In this document: piece after piece, positions 46,856-54,919 of the stretch
Layout of the letters: each line of letters starts with the position of its first letter
Position numbering within the stretch: the stretch's first letter is position 1
Origin: Nannocystis bainbridge
GTDB taxonomy: Bacteria > Myxococcota_A > Polyangia > Nannocystales > Nannocystaceae
Assembly (NCBI RefSeq): GCF_028368995.1
Contig: NZ_JAQNDL010000004.1
Coordinates: forward strand, 192,001-256,000
Direction: 5' to 3'
DNA: 64,000 nucleotides
Notes under the pieces: model-generated
Databases searched by the model: none
The model's input: the letters and a program-made list of their open reading frames with translations, nothing else
Told to the model about the DNA's origin: nothing
Program-made: the position numbers and the translations under genes

Positions 46856-48751
46856 CTATTGCATGAAGCAGTAGATCGGCTTCTTCCACGTGCACGATTG
46901 CTGGCAGACGAACTGCGTCCACAGGCCGTCTGCTTTATTAAACTGGCCGCCGCCGACGATGCCGGCGGCGTTGCTGGTCCAGTTCTGGCAATCGGTGAAG
47001 TTGGCGAACATCGTGCCGTCGATGATCGTGTTGGTGAAGGTGAGCTGGGAGATGCCGCCGCAGACGTTGGCGTCGGCGCCGGGCGGGGTCTTGAGCTCGG
47101 ACAGGTTGATGGCGGCGGCGTGGTTGCCGTCGACGAGGTCGTTCCAGTTGTTGGCGATGAGGACGCCGTCGCGGCGGGCGTAGGGGATCGTGGGCTTGGT
47201 GAAGCGGGTGACGGGGGTGCCGGTGTCGTCGCTGAGCCAGGCGCGGTAGGTGCCGGGGAGGCCGGCGGCCTGGGCGGCGGCCTGGCACTTCATGTCGGCG
47301 CCGAGGAGGCCGCCGAGGTTGCCGTCGAAGCCCTGGCTGGTGGCGAACACGACCTTGTGGGCCTTGCACTTCGAGCTGCAGCCATCACCCTCGGCGAGGT
47401 TGCCGTCCTCGCAGTTCTCGCCGGCGGCGCTGTTGATGACGCCGTCGTTGCAGGCGGCGAAGGTGCAGTCGATGTCGCAGGTGGCCGACTGACCGCCGTG
47501 ATCGCAGGCCTCGCCGGCGGCCTCGTTGAGGACCTCGTCGCCGCAGACGACGGCGGTGCAGTCGTCGTCGCAGGTGGCGGTCTCGAAGCCGTCGTCGCAG
47601 GTCTCGCCGGCGGCAGGGTTGACGGTCTTGTCGCCGCAGACGGCGAGGGTGCAGTCGGCGTCGCAGGTGGGGCTGGGGCCGCCGGTGTCGCAAGCCTCGC
47701 CGGCGGCGGGGTTGGGGTGGGCGTCGCCGCACTGGGACGGGGTGCAGTCGCTGTCGCAGGTGGCGCTGTTGCCAGCGGTGTCGCAAGCCTCGACGCCGGC
47801 GAGCACGAAGCCGTCGCCGCACACGGCGAGCTTGCACAGACCGGTGCAGGCGTCATCGTCGAGGTCGTTGCCGTCGTCGCACTCCTCGTCCATCTGCAGG
47901 ATGCCGTCGCCGCAGGTGGCGAGGGCGCAGTCGTTGGTGCAGGCGTCGTCGTTGATGTCGTTGCCGTCGTCGCAGGCCTCGAGCACGGCGTGCACGATGC
48001 CGTCCCCACATTCGGCAGGGATGCAGCCGACCAGGCAGTCGTCATTGTCGAGGTCGTTGCCGTCGTCGCAAGCCTCGACGCCGAGCTGCACGATGCCGTC
48101 GCCGCACACGGCGGTGATGCAGGCGTTGGTGCAGTCGTCGCCGTCCTCGAGGTTGCCGTCGTCACACTCCTCGGGGACCTGGACGATGCTGTCGCCGCAG
48201 ATGGGCAGGCGACAGCCCGCCGAGCAGCCGTCATCCTCGATGTTGTTGCCGTCGTCGCACTCCTCGCCCAAAAGCTCGTGGAGGACGCCGTCGCCGCAGG
48301 TGGCGGCGATGCAGGCGTTGGAGCAGGCGTTGAGATCGACCAGGTCGCCGTCGTCGCACTGCTCGCCCGGATCGAGCTGGCCGTCGCCGCAGATCGGCGG
48401 TTCGCCGGTGGTGCTGTCGGTGTCCGTGGTGGTGGTCGAGGTCGTCGAGGTGGTGGTCGAGGTCGTGGTGTCGGTGGTGTCGGTGACGGCGGTGTCGGTG
48501 CCCGGATCGGTGGTGGGCCCGGCGGTGGTGCCAGTCTCGGTGCCGCCCATGGTGCTGGTGGAGGTGGTGGGCAGGCTGGTGGTGGGCAGGTCAGGCCCGC
48601 TGGTGCTGCCAGCCGTGGTGGTGCCGTCGGTGTCGGTGGTGCCACCGGCAGAGTCGGTGGTGACGGCGGTGTCGGTGCGACCGCATGCGCCGAGCGCCGC
48701 GGCGAGCACGACGAGTCCCAGCGAACGACAAGCGAAGCTGTAAGCGAGCAT
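46856..48751 (-). CDS. lipoprotein with Myxococcus-type cysteine-rich repeats and DUF1554-like C-terminal domain
   Basis: MLAYSFACRSLGLVVLAAALGACG lipobox and a Thr-rich linker. About ten repeats of C(G/N)DG...(E/A)CD(D/T)GN...C...C follow (myxo_disulf_rpt-like). The C-terminal KVVFATSQGFDGNLGG...YCF domain is as in DUF1554 partners. Confidence 0.8.
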   Translation of the reverse strand: MLAYSFACRSLGLVVLAAALGACGRTDTAVTTDSAGGTTDTDGTTTAGSTSGPDLPTTSLPTTSTSTMGGTETGTTAGPTTDPGTDTAVTDTTDTTTSTTTSTTSTTTTDTDSTTGEPPICGDGQLDPGEQCDDGDLVDLNACSNACIAATCGDGVLHELLGEECDDGNNIEDDGCSAGCRLPICGDSIVQVPEECDDGNLEDGDDCTNACITAVCGDGIVQLGVEACDDGNDLDNDDCLVGCIPAECGDGIVHAVLEACDDGNDINDDACTNDCALATCGDGILQMDEECDDGNDLDDDACTGLCKLAVCGDGFVLAGVEACDTAGNSATCDSDCTPSQCGDAHPNPAAGEACDTGGPSPTCDADCTLAVCGDKTVNPAAGETCDDGFETATCDDDCTAVVCGDEVLNEAAGEACDHGGQSATCDIDCTFAACNDGVINSAAGENCEDGNLAEGDGCSSKCKAHKVVFATSQGFDGNLGGLLGADMKCQAAAQAAGLPGTYRAWLSDDTGTPVTRFTKPTIPYARRDGVLIANNWNDLVDGNHAAAINLSELKTPPGADANVCGGISQLTFTNTIIDGTMFANFTDCQNWTSNAAGIVGGGQFNKADGLWTQFVCQQSCTWKKPIYCFMQ

Positions 48752-49021
48752 GCCCGCCAGAGTACGAGAGTCGCGGGAAGGCCGGCAACTCGCGCAGGCG
48801 GAGACGTATGCGGGCGAGCGGGTGCGAAGATGGCCCACCCGCAGGCGACCGGGGCGGGAAACTCCGGGCGCCGGTGAGCCAGGTGTTACGCGGACGTCAT
48901 GTCGGCGGCGAAGGGTCGGCGCGCGCGCGACGGCGGACGGGCGACCGCGCGTCGCGTGTGCGAAAGCCGAGGTCGGGTGGATGCAGGCAGGGAGCCCGCA
49001 GGAGCGCGGACAGGAGGCCGA

Positions 49022-49267
49022 TCAGGCGGGCTCGTCGCGCCACTCGATGTCGATGCCTTCACCCTCCTCGGGGACGTGCTTGCGCAGGAGGGCGAGGAGG
49101 TCGGCGTCGACCTGGTTCTCTTGCAAGTAATCGAGGGTGTCGCGGTCGATGTAGTAGTCGCGGTCGTCGGCGCTCTCCTCGACGAGGAGATCGATGAGGT
49201 CGCGCAGCTGGTCGTCGTTGATAGGTCCGATCAGGGCGCCGGTCTGCTTGTTGTAGAGGCGAGTCAC
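49022..49267 (-). CDS. small acidic hypothetical protein
   Basis: VTRLYNKQTGALIGPINDDQLRDLIDLLVEESADDRDYYIDRDTLDYLQENQVDADLLALLRKH... with the GTG start at 49267 assumed. Upstream ORF sequence is Arg/Pro-rich artefact. Confidence 0.4.
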   Translation of the reverse strand: MTRLYNKQTGALIGPINDDQLRDLIDLLVEESADDRDYYIDRDTLDYLQENQVDADLLALLRKHVPEEGEGIDIEWRDEPA

Positions 49268-49449
49268 GCGGGGATGGTAGCCGGTTCGAGGCGACGGCGC
49301 GAACGCGCCCGGACAGGGGCCTTCGCCAGGCGCCCGGCGCAGAGCTCGCTGCGCTCCGATCGCGGGGCGTTGTGGTTGCATCGCATGCCCCGTGTTCAGC
49401 GAGAGCGCGGGTCGCGTGACCGCGGGTTGTTCAGCTCGCGCCGGAGGAC

Positions 49450-49545
49450 GTCGCGGGTCCGCGGGGGCGGGGCGCGGAGATCGTCGAGGGGCGGGCGAGG
49501 GGCGGCGCAGCGAGTCACATCGCGACGGGAGACCTGCCATGCCGC
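49450..49545. repeat. dispersed repeat copy (about 95 bp), related to the inverted element at 53325..53530
   Basis: gggggcggggcgcggagatcgtcgaggggcgggcgaggggcggcgcagcgagtcacatcgcgacgggagacctgccatgccgcacgag is about 85% identical to the reverse complement of 53431..53530. Confidence 0.7.
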
Positions 49546-49719
49546 ACGAGCACCACCAACTAACTGCTCGAGCGATGTGCCACCGCGGAGTTGCTCGCGG
49601 ATCCAGCTGGCGCTCAACCGCCCACGGCGGCCACAGTGCCCTGGGCGTGTCCTCCGCCGGCACGGCGCGGCGCTGGCCGACGAAGCTGCCGCCGTCGCGC
49701 CTTGCCGCGACGGCCCCCG

Positions 49720-50628
49720 TCACGCGTACTTTTTGCCGCGCCCTCTACCTTTCTTTAGAAAGTCGATCAGCACCTCGAGCTTGGGGGCGAGGTTCAGCCG
49801 GCTCGGGTAGTAGAGAAAATAGCCCGGGATGTGCGGGCAGTACCCGTCGAGCACCCGCACGAGTCGCTTCTCGGACACGAGCCCGCTCACCATGTCTTCG
49901 AAGACGTACGCGAGGCCGACGCCCTCGACGGCGGCGTCTACCAATACCGATCCATCGTTGGTCACGACGCGGCCGACGACGGCCAGCTCCAACTCCTTGT
50001 CGCTCTCGACGAACTTCCACCGGGCGACTGCGCCCGTCGACATGCGCAGACCAATGCACTCGTGCCCGTGAAGCTCGCGCGGATGCGTGGGCTTGCCTCG
50101 GCGCGCGAAGTAGTCCCGTGAGCCGACGACCACGAGGCGCTGGTCCGGGCTAACGCGAACCGCGATCATCTCGCGATCGAGGCTGTGGCCGAGGCGTATC
50201 CCCGCGTCGAAGCCTTCGGCTACGATGTTGGACAGCGCCTCCTGGAGACAGATGTCGATTCGGATGTCGGGGTAAGCGGCGAGAAAGGCCGCGAGCTTCG
50301 GCTTGATGACGTCGTTGTAGCCGGTTCGGAGCATCGTCAGGCGCAACAGACCCGACGGGCGGCCGTTCATGGCCCGGAGCGACTCGAACGCGACGTCGAT
50401 GCCGTCGAATGCCGGCCTGAGCTGCGCGATGAAGTGCTCACCGGCCTCGGTCAAGCCGACGTTGCGTGTGGTTCGCTGAAGCAGGCGCACACCGACGCGC
50501 TCTTCGAGGGCGCGAACGATCTGACTCACGGCAGATGGCGTTACCCCCAGCTCGGCGGCCGCCGCCCGGAAGCTGCGCTTTTCGGCCACGCAGAGGAGGG
50601 CCCGAAGCCCGGATAGGTCGTCACGCAT
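49720..50628 (-). CDS. LysR-family transcriptional regulator
   Basis: N-terminal HTH (LRALLCVAEKRSFRAAAAELGVTPSAVSQIVRALEERVGVRLLQRTTR) plus a LysR substrate-binding domain. Confidence 0.9.
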   Translation of the reverse strand: MRDDLSGLRALLCVAEKRSFRAAAAELGVTPSAVSQIVRALEERVGVRLLQRTTRNVGLTEAGEHFIAQLRPAFDGIDVAFESLRAMNGRPSGLLRLTMLRTGYNDVIKPKLAAFLAAYPDIRIDICLQEALSNIVAEGFDAGIRLGHSLDREMIAVRVSPDQRLVVVGSRDYFARRGKPTHPRELHGHECIGLRMSTGAVARWKFVESDKELELAVVGRVVTNDGSVLVDAAVEGVGLAYVFEDMVSGLVSEKRLVRVLDGYCPHIPGYFLYYPSRLNLAPKLEVLIDFLKKGRGRGKKYA

Positions 50629-50729
50629 TGTTTAGCCTGGCTACCTATAGCATGCACGATTCAGCGTATTTTCTTTTTTTTGGGCGAGTCTAGTTTCTCC
50701 GAAACGAACCAACGCAGAGGAGAACACTG

Positions 50730-51059
50730 ATGGCGCCCGCACTCCCCAAACCCATCGCCGCCTATGTCGCGGCCAACGCAGAGCTCGATGTGGACGGCAT
50801 GCTGAAGCCTTTCGCGGCCGATGCGGTCCTCTCGGACAACGGAAAACGTCACGAGGGCCACGCCGAGCTGCGAACCTTGTTTGAAGACGAAGTGATCGCC
50901 GTCAAGGCGATCTTCACGCCGGATGCCGTTCGCCACGAGGACGGTCAGGTCGTGGTCGAAGGCCCTGCCCATGGCGACTTCAAGGGCAGCCCGATCCGCT
51001 TCACCTATCGCTTCACGCTCGAAAACGACGCCATCAAAGCACTGGAGATCACGACATGA
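50730..51059 (+). CDS. SnoaL-like / NTF2-fold small protein (ketosteroid-isomerase-like)
   Basis: Length of 109 aa and the pattern fit. It is 4-bp (ATGA) coupled to the downstream SDR gene. Confidence 0.7.
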   Translation: MAPALPKPIAAYVAANAELDVDGMLKPFAADAVLSDNGKRHEGHAELRTLFEDEVIAVKAIFTPDAVRHEDGQVVVEGPAHGDFKGSPIRFTYRFTLENDAIKALEITT

Positions 51060-51844
51060 AAATCAAAATTGATCCCACGGAGTTCGCTGGAAAGCGTGTG
51101 CTCGTCAGCGGCGGCAGCAAGGGTCTGGGCCGCGCCACCGTCGACCGCTTCCTGGCCGGGGGCGCCCGGGTGATCACCGCGGCCCGCGGAACCCTGGAGC
51201 CCATCGACGGCGTCGAGTTCGTCCGGGCGGATCTGACGACGCCCGAAGGCTCGCAGACCCTGGCCAGGACGGCGCTCGAGCGTCTGGGCGGCGTCGACAT
51301 CCTCGCCCACGTGATCGGCGGCTCGGCCTCGCCGGGCGGCGGCTTTCTTGCCCTGACGGACGATCACTGGCTTGCCGAACTGAACCTGAACCTGATGGCC
51401 ACGGTCCGCCTCGATCGCCTGTTGGCACCGCAGATGATCGAACGGGGTGCCGGCGCGATTGTGCATGTCACGTCTATCCAATCGATCCTGCCGCTTCCCG
51501 AATCGACCACGGGCTACGCCGCCGCAAAGGCCGCGCTCAGGACCTACAGCAAGTCGATCTCCAAGGAGCTGGGGCCGAAGGGCGTGCGGGTCAACGCCGT
51601 CTCCCCCGGCTGGATCATGACCGAGTCGTCCGTCGACCTGCTGAAGCGTCTGCAGGCCGCCAATGGCGGCACGGTCGAGGAGGCGCGGCAAGTTGTCCTT
51701 GATGCTCTGGGCGGGATCCCGATCGGGCGTGCGGCCGAGCCCGACGAGGTTGCCGATCTCATCGCCTACTTGGCCTCGGATCGCGCCGCCGCGATCCACG
51801 GCGCCGAGTTCATCATCGACGGCGGCACCGTCCGGACCGTCTGA
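51056..51844 (+). CDS. SDR-family oxidoreductase
   Basis: GGSKGLG cofactor motif and a YxxxK catalytic pair (YAAAKAAL). Confidence 0.9.
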   Translation: MKIKIDPTEFAGKRVLVSGGSKGLGRATVDRFLAGGARVITAARGTLEPIDGVEFVRADLTTPEGSQTLARTALERLGGVDILAHVIGGSASPGGGFLALTDDHWLAELNLNLMATVRLDRLLAPQMIERGAGAIVHVTSIQSILPLPESTTGYAAAKAALRTYSKSISKELGPKGVRVNAVSPGWIMTESSVDLLKRLQAANGGTVEEARQVVLDALGGIPIGRAAEPDEVADLIAYLASDRAAAIHGAEFIIDGGTVRTV

Positions 51845-51982
51845 GGTCATCGCCCCGACGTTTGCGCAAAGTGCTGGGGCGGCACGCCTGGCCGCGGTCC
51901 TTGGCCAGCGGTGAGGAAGGCGCGGCGGCGGCTACTTTCGCCGTCAGGCAGTCCATATGGACCGCCACGGCCTGGGCTTCGA

Positions 51983-52792
51983 CTACCGATCCTCGAGGTC
52001 GCCGTTGCCGTACGGCTGCTCGATGTCGTGCACGCCGTCGAAGCTGATATCCATCAGCACGACATTCCCGCGCCGAACTGCGAGGTTGTCCCGCCCGTCG
52101 CCATCCCAGTCGCCGACCAGATATTCGTCTTCCGCGTTGCCGTTGCCGAACCCCTGATCGAAGTCGTGCACGCCGTCGAAGTTGAAGTCCATCAGCACGT
52201 GGTTCCCGCGCCGAACTGCGAGGTTGTCCCGCCCGTCGCCATCCCAGTCGCCGACCAGATATTCGTCTTCGCTGACGCCGTTACCGTACCCCTGGTCGAA
52301 GTCGTGCACGCCGTCGAAGTTGAAGTCCATCAGCACGTGGTTCCCGCGCCGCACCGCCAGGTTATCCCGCCCGTCGCCGTCCCAGTCGCCGACGAGATAC
52401 TCATCCTCCGCGCTGCCGTCGCCGTACCCCTGGTCGAGGTCGTGCACGCCGTCGAAGTTGAAGTCCATCAGCACGTGATTCCCGCGCCGCACAGCCAGGT
52501 TGTCTCGCCCGTCGCCGTCCCAGTCGCCGACGAGATACTCATCCTCCGCGCTGCCGTCGCCGTACCCCTGGTCGAGGTCGTGCACACCGTCGAAGTTGAA
52601 GTCCATCAGCACGTGATTCCCGCGTCGCACCGCCAAGTTGTCCCGCCCATCGCCGTCCCAGTCGCCGACCTTGTAGCGGGTCTTGTCGCGTCGCACGCGC
52701 CCGTCGGAGTCAGCAGCAGCGTCGGTGGCTGTGAAGCCCATGCCGCTCGTCAGCGACAGGGAGAACAAAACGGTCAGGGTACTTTTCAACAA
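51983..52792 (-). CDS. secreted protein with five near-identical about 48-aa FG-GAP/VCBS-like repeats
   Basis: Signal peptide, then five copies of YLVGDWDGDGRDNLAVRRGNHVLMDFNFDGVHDxDQGYGDGSAEDE. The DNA copies are nearly identical. Confidence 0.75.
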   Translation of the reverse strand: MLKSTLTVLFSLSLTSGMGFTATDAAADSDGRVRRDKTRYKVGDWDGDGRDNLAVRRGNHVLMDFNFDGVHDLDQGYGDGSAEDEYLVGDWDGDGRDNLAVRRGNHVLMDFNFDGVHDLDQGYGDGSAEDEYLVGDWDGDGRDNLAVRRGNHVLMDFNFDGVHDFDQGYGNGVSEDEYLVGDWDGDGRDNLAVRRGNHVLMDFNFDGVHDFDQGFGNGNAEDEYLVGDWDGDGRDNLAVRRGNVVLMDISFDGVHDIEQPYGNGDLEDR

Positions 52793-53199
52793 CGTCTACA
52801 CCTCTGGTCCGGGAGAGTCTTATCGAGCCTTCCAGTGCGTCGAGCGAGCGCCCGGACGACCCGTGTTTGCAACGACAGCGCCGTTCGAATCCACACGCCG
52901 GACATCGCCCGATGCCGTGAACCCTGGCCAGTTCAGGCCGCATCGCTCGACCGAGCGCTCGGCCGAGCAGGCGATTCAGGCCGCATCGCTCGACCGAGCG
53001 CTCTGCCGAGCAGGCGATCATAGCGACGGATGATTCGCGGGTCGCGCCTGGCCGCAACGGCAGGCGACCGAGGTCAGTGGAGGCAAATCCTTGGTCTCAC
53101 TGTCAGTGGCACGCTTGCGCAGTCGCGCCCCCCCTGCACCGACCATGCGGCGGCGCGACGGTGGGCGCCCGCTCGAGCGCGACTTGCGAGCGTAATCTG

Positions 53200-53301
53200 T
53201 CTCTTCGGACATTCTGGGCGATGCTCCCGGGCGGCAACCTCCGGGGCTCGCGGGCATTAATCGGTCTCTTCGGACATGCTGGGCGAAGCTGCCGGGCGGC
53301 G
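53200..53301. repeat. 36-bp direct repeat, two copies 66 bp apart (tctcttcggacatKctgggcgaWgctSccgggcggc)
   Basis: Seen directly. The units contain a degenerate cggacat(g) core resembling the 14-bp family motif but not in a 14-bp register. Confidence 0.7.
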
Positions 53302-53324
53302 CTCAGGCGGGGCCACGACGTTCT

Positions 53325-53530
53325 TCTCGGGCGGGCGAGGGGCGGCGCAGTGGGACGCAGGGAGGGGCCCCATGCCTCACGCGCAAGCGCGGGATGCAAC
53401 GCCGGACAGGCCCCGTCGCACCTCCGCGCCGAGCATGTGGCATGGCAGGTCTCCCGTCGCGACGGGACCCGCTGCGCCGCCCCTCGCCCGCCCGCTCGAT
53501 AATCTTCGCGCCCCGCCTCCCACGGACGCG
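53325..53530. repeat. inverted-repeat element (MITE-like): arms 53325..53390 and 53431..53530 in opposite orientation
   Basis: The right arm is the reverse complement of a sequence sharing gggcgggcgaggggcggcgcag... with the left arm. A third copy is at 49450..49545. No coding capacity. Confidence 0.6.
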
Positions 53531-53869
53531 CGATGACATTCGCGCGACGACCGCGAGGCGAACCCAGCAGCTCGCCAGCAAGACATGCGGTGCCCCGCTC
53601 GACGATCCTCGTGTCCGCCTGCGAGCCGTACCCCGACCCTTGAAGGCCGCGTGCGCGGCGGGCCACGAGTCGCCGGGTCCCGGGCGGGGTGACGGAGCTC
53701 CGGGGAGTGCAGTGACCGGCGCGGCAGGATCAATTGCGGGGCGCGAGGATTCGCCCGGGATGGCCCCGCGGCGGCAGCTGCGAGTTTGCTCGGGGCGGGC
53801 AATTGAACGTCGTCCGTCGCCCACCAGGAACTCGAGAGGTGGACCAGTCGCGTGGGCCGGCTTGATTTC

Positions 53870-54217
53870 ATGACGCGAACCTTGACCGTATTTGTTGCTT
53901 CGCTGGGCCTCACGGCCTGCTCCACGAACGACGAGACCGCCTCGGCGACGGAGACGTCCGCCGACACGATGGCGACGGTCACCGGCGACGGGCCGGGCAC
54001 CGAAGGAGGCTCGGAGCCGACGGCGGGCGGGCCGACCACGGAGAGCGGTGGCTCGACGGCGGGGGACAGCACCGCCACCACCGACGACGAAGGGATTCCC
54101 ACCGGGACCTCGGTCGCTCTCGCACCCTTGGCGGACGCGGGAGAGCAACATGGCTGGAAGGACATGTCGCCCTCGTCGCCGTGGGTCGGCTTGCGCGGCG
54201 GCTTCAGGGCTTCTTGA
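53870..54217 (+). CDS. small Thr/Gly/Ser-rich lipoprotein
   Basis: MTRTLTVFVASLGLTACSTNDE lipobox at the internal ATG. The ORF-track GTG start 18 nt upstream is less likely. Confidence 0.45.
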   Translation: MTRTLTVFVASLGLTACSTNDETASATETSADTMATVTGDGPGTEGGSEPTAGGPTTESGGSTAGDSTATTDDEGIPTGTSVALAPLADAGEQHGWKDMSPSSPWVGLRGGFRAS

Positions 54218-54782
54218 CCGTGACCCCGCGAGAGATCAGCCGCAAGAGGGCGTTGGGCTCGATGTTGCGCGGCGTCGCGGTGAGCTGCCGGAGCGCTGGC
54301 AAGCTCTCGAGCGCGGCGGCGTCGGTGCAGCGGCCCGTGAGGATCAGTTCGGCCAGCTTCGGGTGGCCGCGCAACGGCCCGAGGTCGAGGTCCTGGGGGC
54401 GATAGCCGTGGCCGTAGAGCGAGAGCGAGGTGAGCGCGCCGAGCCGTTCGATGCCCGCCAGCGAGTGCAGGTCGTAGGGACACGCGTCGTCGCTGCCGAC
54501 CTCGAACCCGAGGGCGCGATCGATGAGCCTGTAGATGTCGTTGCTGTCGTCGAAGTCGAGCTCGGTGATGCGGGCGACCTCGGCGGGGTCGAGCGGGAGG
54601 GCGTGTACGCGGGCGATCGCCGCGTGGGCGCGAGTGTCTTCGTCGCCGTCAGGGTCGAGGTCCGCCAGCGCCCGGACGATCGTTTCGACCTCGATCGCGC
54701 CGGCGCGGAGCAGGGCGTCGACGACGGCGAGGTGCAAGCCAGGGTCGGGGAATGGGCCGGCGGACTCCGTTACCTCGGTCAT
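54204..54782 (-). CDS. hypothetical protein, possibly leucine-rich-repeat-like
   Basis: MTEVTESAGPFPDPGLHLAVVDALLRAG...LHSLAGIERLGALTSLSLYGHGYRPQDLDLGPLRGHPKLAELIL. The N-terminal 33 aa of the ORF track translate the repeat array and are excluded. Confidence 0.5.
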   Translation of the reverse strand: MTEVTESAGPFPDPGLHLAVVDALLRAGAIEVETIVRALADLDPDGDEDTRAHAAIARVHALPLDPAEVARITELDFDDSNDIYRLIDRALGFEVGSDDACPYDLHSLAGIERLGALTSLSLYGHGYRPQDLDLGPLRGHPKLAELILTGRCTDAAALESLPALRQLTATPRNIEPNALLRLISRGVTVKKP

Positions 54783-54846
54783 GGCCGCGATCGCATCACA
54801 TCGGCCGGCGACGGGCAACCCGGCGCCCACGCGGGCTCCGCTCGAT

Positions 54847-54916
54847 GGAGCATGCCTGATCGGACATGTCCCCGGGGACATGCCCCATCGAGCATGTCCC
54901 CGCGGGCATGCCCCTC
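54847..54916. repeat. 14-bp periodic palindromic repeat array, 5 units (CATG at 54851, 54865, 54879, 54893, 54907)
   Basis: ggagCATGcctgatcggaCATGtccccggggaCATGccccatcgagCATGtccccgcgggCATGcccc, lying between two same-strand genes. Confidence 0.85.
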
Positions 54917-54919
54917 AGG

